Shown in pieces: positions 27,368 to 35,087 of a DNA stretch of 64,000 bases. Both the position numbers and the translations under genes were made by a program. The DNA is from an uncultured Nitrospiraceae bacterium (GTDB lineage Bacteria; Hydrogenedentota; Hydrogenedentia; Hydrogenedentales; SLHB01), in assembly GCA_964493915.1 (NCBI GenBank), contig CAZBQH010000425.1:121-64120 (forward strand), given 5' to 3'. The notes under the pieces were generated by a model. That model had not been told where the DNA came from, made no database searches, and worked only from the letters and a program-made list of their open reading frames with translations. Position 1 is the first letter of the stretch, and every line of letters begins with the position of its first letter.

Positions 27368-28480
27368 TTATCCGGGGCGTAGGAGCGCCGCGTAGAATTC
27401 CGCTTGTAACTGGCGGGAGAAGTATTTGGCAGTGTGGCGTTGGCGTAGCGCTGGCTTCAATCCGCGTTCGAGCCAGACATGAAAGACATTGTAGGCCAGG
27501 AACACCAAGAGCAGAATCGCGGTGATAGCGTTGGTGTTGAGGTGGTAGACGTGGTCGGCATGCCAATCGTGGACCAATTCGTTGAACCCTTCGTTTTCGA
27601 TGCCCCAACGTCCGTGTCCGATGCGCACGATGGTGTGGGTGAGGGCCTTGGCTTTGGAGAGGCTGGTTGCCCAGAGCCATTCACTACGCTGTTCCTCGCC
27701 GTCTTTGGTCAGTTGGCGGCGGACAGTGCACGTTTCTTGGGAGCGAACAACACGGACTGGCGCGTCCATCTGCGTCCATGAAGTGAAGCCTTCGATGTCG
27801 TGGCAACGGCATTGTTTGCCGTGGTATTCAAATTGCATCGGCGGGCCGTCTTCGAATTCCATCAATGCCCGGAAGTCCTGGATAAGCGCCCGGTTCTCGT
27901 TCTTGAGCACGGCGATGAAGTCTTTGTTGCTGCCAAGGATCAACCGGCACAGGCGGGGGTCGAGATAGAGGGCGTCTCCGGCCACGACGTTGAAGGCCCG
28001 CGGGCTGTTTTCGAGCAGGCGCAGGAAGAGGCGCTCGGCGGTGGCGATCTCGCCTTCGCCGGGACGCGGCATTTCCAGATCCAGCAGGACATGCCCCGTG
28101 GGGCCCATCAGGTAGGCCGCCACGTAACGGAGATAGTACTGGGTGCGGACCTCGTCTTTACACTCCACTTGGCGGGAAAGGACTCCCTCACAGCATTGAC
28201 GGTAGCTTGTCCACATTTCATGCCCGTCGAAGATAAGGACACGCAGGCCTCCGGGAAAGGACGGCAGGGTTTTCTTGCGCTTGCGCCGCCGATGGTAAGC
28301 GGAAAGCGCCGCACGAAGCTCGTTCAGGTTCAATAGCGCCGCCACTTCGCCCAAGCGGTCCGCGCTGGGCAACTCACCGCCCATCCACTTTTGCCATCGT
28401 GTGCCCAAAGTCCCCTTGCCGCCCAAAGCATCCTCTATGGCGTTGAGGCTTCCTATGCGTGCCGTCACCGCGAGGAACAA
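27368..28480 (-). CDS. DDE transposase (IS4/IS701/ISAs1-like superfamily).
   Basis: The C-terminal stretch GHGRWGIENEGFNELVHDWHADHVYH is typical of DDE_Tnp_1-like transposases. It is about 370 aa. Confidence 0.55.
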   Translation of the reverse strand: MFLAVTARIGSLNAIEDALGGKGTLGTRWQKWMGGELPSADRLGEVAALLNLNELRAALSAYHRRRKRKKTLPSFPGGLRVLIFDGHEMWTSYRQCCEGVLSRQVECKDEVRTQYYLRYVAAYLMGPTGHVLLDLEMPRPGEGEIATAERLFLRLLENSPRAFNVVAGDALYLDPRLCRLILGSNKDFIAVLKNENRALIQDFRALMEFEDGPPMQFEYHGKQCRCHDIEGFTSWTQMDAPVRVVRSQETCTVRRQLTKDGEEQRSEWLWATSLSKAKALTHTIVRIGHGRWGIENEGFNELVHDWHADHVYHLNTNAITAILLLVFLAYNVFHVWLERGLKPALRQRHTAKYFSRQLQAEFYAALLRPG

Positions 28481-28589
28481 TCCCGCTATTATCCGGATGG
28501 TGGGAATGAGCGGATACTGGCGTTGGTCCGTGACCTCTTGAAGGTCTTCCCGCAGGCCATAGATCTTGTCCGCATACTTGAAGAAGCGG

Positions 28590-29015
28590 CTAAGAATCGT
28601 CCTTTTCCTTTCGTCGCTTCAGTTCGTTCCACGCCCCCTCGGAAACCTGCTCCAAGAGGTCGGTGGCCATGTGGTAGTTCTCCACCCACGCACGGACTTC
28701 CTCTTCCATGGCCGATGGCACAAAGACCTGACGCTTTTTCCCCTTGACACTGGACACCAGATAAACTGCGCGGTGCCGCTCGCCCTGAGTGCAGCGGCAG
28801 CCTTTCTTGCCGCACGTGACATGGCGAACACTAAGCGTGGCGTGGATGAGCGTCTTCCCGCCAGCGAGTTGGGCGAGGCGCGAGCGCAGTTTGCGTTCCT
28901 GGACCGACATTTTGCCGCGGTGCATGAGGCCTCCTTTCTTGTATCTGTATACAATACAAGATTGCGGCCCAAAAGTCACCCCATTTGTGAATGCGACTCT
29001 GCTCGATACGGCCAA
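28590..29015 (-). CDS. A small Cys-rich protein (141 aa) commonly partnered with transposases. It is a paralog of the ORF at 29120-29467.
   Basis: CGKKGCRCTQGERHRAVYLV...VFVP is present. The pattern K-L-x2-R-L-A...RYVP...YH...RKE is shared with the 115-aa ORF. Confidence 0.45.
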   Translation of the reverse strand: MAVSSRVAFTNGVTFGPQSCIVYRYKKGGLMHRGKMSVQERKLRSRLAQLAGGKTLIHATLSVRHVTCGKKGCRCTQGERHRAVYLVSSVKGKKRQVFVPSAMEEEVRAWVENYHMATDLLEQVSEGAWNELKRRKEKDDS

Positions 29016-29119
29016 ACTGTGCCAACCTCAGTAAACAAAGCACCTTAGGAATGCGAATTTGACACCTTGCGGAATCGCTGAGCTGTCCTCTACCCCAGGG
29101 CAAACACATCTAATAGTGC

Positions 29120-29467
29120 TTAGGAGTCGGTTTTCCTGTCTTGGGCCTTCTGGTCATTGTGGGGGGCATTCGGCTTGTTGGGCTTGGCTTGCTTTGGATA
29201 GACTCGCTTGCGTTCCTTGCGCGTCTGTTTGACGACCTCGTCGGCGTATTGCTCGGCCAGCTTGACGAATTGGTGGTAACCGTCAATGGCCTGCTTGAGG
29301 AACTCCGTTTCGTTGGCGGGCACATAGCGCACCACATTGCGGCCGTCCCGCCACGTCTGATGGTTGTAGTGGGGACTGCCGCCCATCCGGCATAGCTTGC
29401 CTCGCTCCATCCGTTCAATCTTCGCCATCCGTTCCAGCAATCGCTGCATCTTCTTGGTCTGTTTCAT
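29120..29467 (-). CDS. A small transposase-associated protein paralog (115 aa).
   Basis: LCRMGGSPHYNHQTWRDGRNVVRYVP...YHQFV is homologous to the 141-aa ORF. Confidence 0.4.
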   Translation of the reverse strand: MKQTKKMQRLLERMAKIERMERGKLCRMGGSPHYNHQTWRDGRNVVRYVPANETEFLKQAIDGYHQFVKLAEQYADEVVKQTRKERKRVYPKQAKPNKPNAPHNDQKAQDRKTDS

Positions 29468-29469
29468 GG

Positions 29470-30739
29470 ACGCGAGTATATAGGAACCTATATAATCGCG
29501 TCAACGCAAACCATACGAGGAGACGGCCATGAGTAAAGAGAAACCATCCCCGCGAGAAGCCAAGACCCTGATCGCGTGTTTCGAGAAAGTGCCCGAGCCG
29601 CGCGTGGAGCGAACCCGGCGGCACAAGCTGGTCGACATCCTTGTTATCGGACTGTGTTCGCAGCTGACCAATGGACAGGGCTTCAACGACATGGTCGTGT
29701 TCGCAAAGGCCAAGAAGGAGTGGTTGGAAACCTTCCTGGAACTGCCTCACGGCATTCCTTGCCGCGATACCTTCAACCGGGTCTTTTCCGCCATCGACCC
29801 GCACGCCTTTCTGGAGTGTTTCGTGCAATGGGTCCAAGGCATCTGTCCGAATCTAGGCGACGAGGTGGTCGCCATCGACGGAAAGGCCCTGCGCCGCGCC
29901 CTAAACGAGGGAGAAAAAATCCCGTATATTGTCAGCGCGTGGGCATCGGAAAACGGCTTGGTCTTGGGGCAGGTCAAGGTGGACGACAAGTCCAATGAGA
30001 TTACGGCCATCCCCGAACTCCTGCGCGTGCTGCAACTCAAGGGATGCATCGTGACCCTGGATGCGATGGGGTGCCAGAAAGAGATCGCCGCCGACATCGT
30101 CGGCCAGCATGCCGACTACGTCCTGGCCCTCAAGGGCAATCATGCCAACGTCCACGATGAAGTCCGGGAGTTCTTCGACGACGCGGTCCCACCGTGTGTA
30201 ACCCAATGCGCCGACACCGCGGACCAAGCCAAGATGGAGTTCTTCCAAACCATCGAAAAAAGCCATGGGCGCATCGAGACCCGGCGCTATTGGCAATCCA
30301 CCGACCTGGCTTGGTTCCAAGACCAACCCCTCTGGAAGAACCTGCGTAGTCTCGGCATGGTCGAGTCCATTCGTAACATCAAGGGAAAGAATACCATTGA
30401 ACGCCGCTACTTCCTCTCCAGCCTGCCCCTGGAAGCCCAAGGACTCGCCAGGGCCATCCGCGGCCACTGGGGCGTCGAAAACTCGCTACACTGGAGTCTC
30501 GACGTGACCTTCCGCGAAGACGACAGCCGCGCAAGAACACGATACGCCGCCCAGAACCTTGCAATCCTCAGAAGAATTGCCCTCAACCTCGTCAAGAAAG
30601 ACAACTCGAAAAAATGCTCGCTCAGACAGAAGAAGATCTACGCCGCACTCGATTCGGCATTCCTTCAACATCTACTGGGATTTTAGATGCGTTTGCCCTG
30701 TCCTCTACCCATGAGCTCGGGAAACAATGTCGTTGCAAT
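29470..30739. mobile_element. An ISAs1-family insertion sequence with approximate bounds. It is inserted into and truncates a DUF4062-NTPase gene.
   Basis: The transposase gene has short flanks. The truncated target fragment starts at 30740. Confidence 0.5.
29529..30686 (+). CDS. ISAs1-family transposase (H-repeat-associated type).
   Basis: GHWGVENSLHWSLDVTFREDDSRAR is the hallmark ISAs1 motif. It is 385 aa. Confidence 0.8.
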   Translation: MSKEKPSPREAKTLIACFEKVPEPRVERTRRHKLVDILVIGLCSQLTNGQGFNDMVVFAKAKKEWLETFLELPHGIPCRDTFNRVFSAIDPHAFLECFVQWVQGICPNLGDEVVAIDGKALRRALNEGEKIPYIVSAWASENGLVLGQVKVDDKSNEITAIPELLRVLQLKGCIVTLDAMGCQKEIAADIVGQHADYVLALKGNHANVHDEVREFFDDAVPPCVTQCADTADQAKMEFFQTIEKSHGRIETRRYWQSTDLAWFQDQPLWKNLRSLGMVESIRNIKGKNTIERRYFLSSLPLEAQGLARAIRGHWGVENSLHWSLDVTFREDDSRARTRYAAQNLAILRRIALNLVKKDNSKKCSLRQKKIYAALDSAFLQHLLGF

Positions 30740-30992
30740 CGCCCAGGATGCCCAGGAAAAAGGGGCGGCACACGTCGATCTGTTCGAGGCAGAGGTCGAG
30801 GACGCGGTCGTTCTCGGCTTCCTCGGGCGTGATGCCCCAGTGGAGGTCCATATCAATCAGGTGGATGCGATAGGGCAGCAGGCACTCGCGCAGCCGCAGA
30901 AAGACCCGCTTCATCAAGATGTCCCTCTCTGCGTCCATATCGCGGAAGGTGGACGAAATAAACACCCGTACATCACGCCATCGAGGCGACAT
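30705..30992 (-). pseudogene. A 5' fragment of a DUF4062-NTPase paralog (copy B). It is truncated after ...CRPFFLGILG next to the ISAs1 element.
   Basis: It is about 90% identical to the fragment at 11267-11512 and has the same breakpoint. Confidence 0.65.
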
Positions 30993-31119
30993 GGGTCTCC
31001 TCCATCCCGTGTGTGTTGCTTGCCCTCAACCGCGGAGTTGACTGGAACTCAGCCGCATAGTAGAAGAAGTCGAAGCCAATGGTAAACTATGCAGTACAAT
31101 GAGGTAATCAGGCATGCGT
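30740..31119. repeat. The 380-bp repeat unit, copy B.
   Basis: It aligns to 11287-11666. Confidence 0.7.
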
Positions 31120-31173
31120 CACGGCTGCGAGAACCTCGCATCCGTCAAGGAAGACGAACACACTGCCGATGTC

Positions 31174-32046
31174 TCACTTTTCGTTGACTGGATCCCAGCG
31201 GCCTTTCGCAAAGCGCCAAGTCATCGCAAAGGAGGGCTCATCTTGATGCGCCGCAAGCAACGGTGGCCCAAGGAAATTGCGTACTTTACCGAGTACGACA
31301 GCGAAATCATCGCTCGCCGAATCCTCGATAGCGCTTCGTTTGAGGAAGCCTTTCCAGAGCCGTTTGCGGTCCTCGTCCTCGGCAAAGGAGTTCTCAAGGG
31401 AAAGGGGCAATTCTGACGGAACGGGTGTTCTGCGCCGGTGAAAGGTGGCGTGGATTGCTCGGCATAGGGTCTGGCCGTCATAGTCGAAACCGTTGGCGAG
31501 GGTCCAGATGTCGTGCAGCTTCTCCGCGAGGACCGTCTCGCGCGAGTATGCCCGGATACGGGGCGTGGGCAGCGCGTCAAGCAACGGCGTATAGTCGAGC
31601 AACTGGGCTTCGGGAGTCACTACGTCCCCGAAGCCCACGTCGATTTGCATCGGGATGCGCGCTTGCGCCAAGTGTGCCGTGAGCTTTATGCGTTGGCCAC
31701 CGTACTCCTGGTCCAGCCGGATTTCCTCGACGGTCATGGCAGTCTCATCGAAGGACAGACCGTCAGGCTCGACCTGGGTTCTGCATATGGTCTCGAAGGC
31801 CCGGCGCAGTGCTTCGGGTGATGCATCGCCGCAGCCGAGGAGGTCCAGGTCGCGCGTGGGGCGATGGGGCTTGTCGGTCCAAAGAGCGAAAAGGCGGGCG
31901 CCTTTGAGTACAAAACGGTCGGCGTACTCAGAGCAAGTGAGCCGGTATAGCAGGCGTTCGGTCGCAAATGCCGTCAGGATGAGATTGAAGTCGCGCTTCT
32001 CGCGCTGGGCCAGATTGTATAGGCGGTCGCGGACAGACGCCGCCAT
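31174..32046 (-). CDS. abiEii: AbiEii-type nucleotidyltransferase toxin (DUF1814 family).
   Basis: It lies downstream of an AbiEi-like gene and is about 290 aa. The start MAASVRDRLYNLAQ is assigned, because the long upstream in-frame extension overlaps abiEi out of frame. Confidence 0.55.
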   Translation of the reverse strand: MAASVRDRLYNLAQREKRDFNLILTAFATERLLYRLTCSEYADRFVLKGARLFALWTDKPHRPTRDLDLLGCGDASPEALRRAFETICRTQVEPDGLSFDETAMTVEEIRLDQEYGGQRIKLTAHLAQARIPMQIDVGFGDVVTPEAQLLDYTPLLDALPTPRIRAYSRETVLAEKLHDIWTLANGFDYDGQTLCRAIHATFHRRRTPVPSELPLSLENSFAEDEDRKRLWKGFLKRSAIEDSASDDFAVVLGKVRNFLGPPLLAAHQDEPSFAMTWRFAKGRWDPVNEK

Positions 32047-32063
32047 GTCCTTTGGCTTCTTCT

Positions 32064-32681
32064 TCAAAGGAAGAGCTCCAGGTAGGGGCGCATGATGCGG
32101 GCAACGCGGCAGATATGGGCAAAATGGTCGAGTTCTTGAACGGTGGCCTTGCGTTGCTTGATGGCGTCTCGAAGCGCTTCCACGGCCACGTCGCGGCCTA
32201 TCTTGTTGCGGTATTTGAAGCAATCGGCAACAGTCTTGGAGGGATTCGTCATGTGAACCGTGACGCCCTCGAGGATGTGGTCTGCGACACCCTGCGTCAG
32301 CGCCTGACCGGAGAAGCGAACAACCCGTAGGGGAATCTCCGGTATCTGTGGCGGCCGCGCCTTGGGATGAACGGCAACCCACGTCTCCGAAGGCAGCTGC
32401 GTGGTCAGCTCGTGGAATCGAAGAGCGGAAAGGAGACAAACGACGGCGTCCGGAGCGCGCTTACCTATGAGGGCAAGGCTGTGGTTTTCCGTTGGCGGGT
32501 TGTCCGGATGGACATAGAGCCCCCTTCCTACCCGGCGAAGCTGGCCGGTGCGAGAGAGAAGATAGGCGTAGCGCCTGGGAATGCCCTGCTTCTCCAGGTC
32601 GCGCGGGCGAAGAACGCCTTGCTCTTTCGCGAGAGCCAGTGTCTTTTCCACGTGGGATTGCTGCGGTCTCATTGCGTTCAA
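32064..32681 (-). CDS. abiEi: AbiEi-type antitoxin or transcriptional regulator.
   Basis: It is about 200 aa, has an N-terminal wHTH-like region and sits immediately upstream of the AbiEii-like gene with an 18-nt gap. Confidence 0.5.
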   Translation of the reverse strand: MNAMRPQQSHVEKTLALAKEQGVLRPRDLEKQGIPRRYAYLLSRTGQLRRVGRGLYVHPDNPPTENHSLALIGKRAPDAVVCLLSALRFHELTTQLPSETWVAVHPKARPPQIPEIPLRVVRFSGQALTQGVADHILEGVTVHMTNPSKTVADCFKYRNKIGRDVAVEALRDAIKQRKATVQELDHFAHICRVARIMRPYLELFL

Positions 32682-32763
32682 ACCGTTGGCAAATGTAACC
32701 TATTAACCAACACTTTGTACCATAAGTTTAACGAAGAATGCAAACTTGATCTGCGGCAGTGTA

Positions 32764-32790
32764 GCGGGGGCGGGATTCGAACCCGCGACC
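32764..32790. repeat. The tRNA-3'-end-like 27-mer, right copy (reverse complement GGTCGCGGGTTCGAATCCCGCCCCCGC).
   Basis: It matches 2984-3010. The flanking 90 nt contain an 8-bp stem hairpin but no canonical cloverleaf. Confidence 0.55.
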
Positions 32791-33176
32791 TGTCAATCGG
32801 TCAGTTTCAGACGCTCCTCCGTAGGTGCAAATACAGTCTGAAATACGCGCCGCTCTTTCTGTGGCAGAGGTATGTCTTACCATAGTCCGTGTCTCAAGGC
32901 AATTGAGGTCCTTCGACGCGCGATGGCGTGGCGCGGCGATATCGCAGCAACTCCAAACGTTGATTCCGGAAGTCACTGCCCAACGCGCACCCTGCGCCAC
33001 CCGTGGCGAACGCCCGGCGGAGAATCCGATGCTCGCAGTTAAAGCTTGATCTGAACAAGGTATTCTGGAAAAAGAATTTGCAGCGTCTGAGAAAGCCGGC
33101 CCTTCCCTATCCTCTTGCAATACGCTGCAACCTGTTGCAGCGCGTATACGGCAGTCCGTTGTACAGCGGCCAAAAA

Positions 33177-33265
33177 GAAAGGGCTTACGAGTACTCGTAA
33201 GCCCTTGATATCATTGGTGAACGGGGCGGGGCTCGAACCCGCGGCCACCGGATTAAAAGTCCGAT
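33177..33265. repeat. Right copy of the 90-bp direct repeat. It overlaps the 3' half of the intact tRNA-Lys and its terminator.
   Basis: It is identical to 2679-2768 except for one base. Confidence 0.85.
33181..33204 (-). terminator. Rho-independent terminator of tRNA-Lys (GGGCTTACGAGTACTCGTAAGCCC plus TTTCTTTTT).
   Basis: A perfect 10-bp stem is followed by a T-run on the minus strand. Confidence 0.6.
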
Positions 33266-33290
33266 GCTCTACCACCTGAGCTACCCGTCC
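33215..33290 (-). tRNA. tRNA-Lys (anticodon UUU) with an encoded CCA.
   Basis: The hand-folded sequence is GGACGGGTAGCTCAGGTGGTAGAGCATCGGACTTTTAATCCGGTGGCCGCGGGTTCGAGCCCCGCCCCGTTCACCA. The acceptor, D, anticodon (loop CTTTTAA) and T arms are all consistent. Confidence 0.85.
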
Positions 33291-33780
33291 TGAATCTGTA
33301 AAGAGGCACAAATCGAACGGCACAAGACAGGGAACCTATCCTTTTTGATGGTAGCCAAGGGCGGCCGGTAAAGTCAAACCTGCTTCATTTGATTCTGTCA
33401 ACGCAAAGTAGAAATGTCCGCTCCAATACTGGGGACTGGCGCCATGCATCGAGGTCTGTTACCCGTCACGGTTTGCCGACGGGGCTGCTCCCGCAAAGTA
33501 ACTGGGAATCGGGTTCGGCAAGAGGCTTCGCAGCGGCATGGCGTGACGCCGGCGCAACGCAGAGAAGCAGGGCCAGCTGCTCCGCAAGGTCCAGGATTAC
33601 CGGTAGGCCGGAGAAAAACACACGAACGTCCCCCAGAGACAATCGCCGCCGAGGGCGCGGCGCCGCTGGCGCCGAAGGCGCGGTATGATTACAGTCCCCA
33701 CAGCCCGCACAAGGGCTGTGACCTTGAGGCCGTCTTCAGCCATCAGGAGACGTGCAAGGCCGCTGACGGCTGCGTCATCG

Positions 33781-34011
33781 TCAAGCCGTCTGAACGTCAG
33801 GTCGCCTTGGCGCACGCAGGGCTGATGGTCCAGTTTTGGAGATACTTTGCCCGGGGGTGAAAGACGCGCCCAATCCGGCCTTCTCGACGGCTTCGGTCAT
33901 TTCGAGGGCCTCGGCGCTGTTCATGGCGAGAGGTTTTTTGGAGAAGACCATCTTACCCGCCTTTGCTGCCGCCAAGGTGATGTCGAAGCGGGTGTTGTTT
34001 GGACTGGCCAT
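33781..34011 (-). pseudogene. An internal fragment of a Gfo/Idh/MocA-family oxidoreductase.
   Basis: [38 protein letters not shown] matches the conserved A-G-K-H-V-x-C-E-K-P region. Only about 50 homologous residues are present. Confidence 0.45.
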
Positions 34012-34213
34012 GTCGACGAGATCGATGTCCGGCCGCTGGACAAGGGCGCACCAATCCGTCTCGGTGGTTTACCGAGCCCCTTGGGGGGCCTTCCGGTCCC
34101 GTGGAGAAGTCTCTGAATTGACGGGGTCTTAGGGTGCTCATGGTATGTGACAAAACGCCGCAAAGAGTGTAAAGTATTCGAAACGAGCTAAGCGTGGGCA
34201 TTACAAAGGAGGA

Positions 34214-35050
34214 TTGGCCATGCGTTGCACACGAGCTTTGTCGGTCATGTTGGTTGTGGGGTTGGCCGCGTACGCGGTGCCGGCCGCTTGGGCAACGATT
34301 CACTTGGGGATTGAGGCTGATTTTGAGGGGAAGCCTGTAGACCAGCCCATCGGCACAGGCGGCGCTGCCGTGGGGGAGCCGGTCGAGATCGTTCAGTCCA
34401 CGGAGGCGATAGTCCGCGACACCCCTATGCCGAGCCGCTGTCTCGAGATGTCGGATATTGACGAGTACTTCGCAGGCGGCGCTGCTTTCGAGTTTCTGAA
34501 CAGCGCCGAGTACGCGAGCGGTGTGGTGAAGATAGGGATGGACCTGTGGTTCGAGGGACTCGAAGACTACTTCGTGTACGTTCGAGAGCATGGAACGGCG
34601 GCCGAAGTGTTTGCCAACGTACGTTTCTGTGCAGGCGGGATCGTGCTGGCCGAAGACGCGGACACCCCTACCGGGCAAGTTGTAGGCACGTACGAGGCGG
34701 GGCAGGTCGTCAAGGTCGTCATCGAGATCGACCTTGACAACGGCGTGTGGCATTTGGATCTGGACGGTACGCGGGTCCTCGCAAATGAACCCCACGGGGT
34801 GACTGATCGAGGCGTTGGCCAGGTGATCATCGGCGTAGGGCATGACGAGGACCTTGACGGAAAGGTCAACCTGGACAACCTCGTCGTGACCTGGGACGAC
34901 AGGCGACCCGCTTGCGGCGCAGTGCCTGGCATTCCGAAGCCGGCAGACGGAGGCTATATTCTCCCGCTGGGCCTGGCTTTGTGTGTTATTGCTCTGGCAG
35001 GCGTCGTGATGCGTTGGTCGGTCAAGCCGGCGTCGCGGGATGCTTTCTAA
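34214..35050 (+). CDS. Secreted protein with a C-terminal hydrophobic anchor that may be PEP-CTERM-like.
   Basis: A signal peptide MAMRCTRALSVMLVVGLAAYAVPAAWA is present. The C-terminus reads PKPADGGYILPLGLALCVIALAGVVMRW. Confidence 0.5.
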   Translation: MAMRCTRALSVMLVVGLAAYAVPAAWATIHLGIEADFEGKPVDQPIGTGGAAVGEPVEIVQSTEAIVRDTPMPSRCLEMSDIDEYFAGGAAFEFLNSAEYASGVVKIGMDLWFEGLEDYFVYVREHGTAAEVFANVRFCAGGIVLAEDADTPTGQVVGTYEAGQVVKVVIEIDLDNGVWHLDLDGTRVLANEPHGVTDRGVGQVIIGVGHDEDLDGKVNLDNLVVTWDDRRPACGAVPGIPKPADGGYILPLGLALCVIALAGVVMRWSVKPASRDAF

Positions 35051-35087
35051 GGACGTCAGGCGCGCAGAATCCGGGGTATCTTAGCAT

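Larger units (their letters stand above)
2769..33176. mobile_element. A genomic island of about 30.4 kb inserted at the tRNA-Lys 3' end. It carries a defence or accessory cargo, is IS-ridden and has no integrase detected.
   Basis: The island is bounded by the 90-bp direct repeats. Its cargo is NACHT/STAND NTPases, an AbiE pair, transposases and gene fragments. The WD40 genes have lower GC than the surroundings. Confidence 0.65.

Noticed and set aside
29468-29528. A candidate terminal inverted repeat of the ISAs1 element. An imperfect palindrome occurs at 29471-29504.
   Set aside because: I could not find a convincing matching inverted repeat at the right end (30687-30739) by eye, so the IS boundaries are left approximate.
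31174-32439. A 421-aa version of the AbiEii-like ORF.
   Set aside because: The first 131 codons overlap abiEi in another frame and are low-complexity. The internal ATG at 32044-32046 (MAASVRDRLYNLAQ) gives a canonical protein of about 290 aa.
32764-32880. A possible complete second tRNA gene adjacent to tRNA-Lys.
   Set aside because: Only the T-arm and the acceptor 3' strand are tRNA-like. There is no U8, no D-loop GG and no anticodon arm of canonical size. I treat it as a tRNA-derived remnant or motif.
33953-34843. A 296-aa minus-strand ORF.
   Set aside because: It is a shadow of the + strand secreted-protein gene at 34214-35050. It is His/Arg/Pro-rich and lacks a signal peptide or domain logic.
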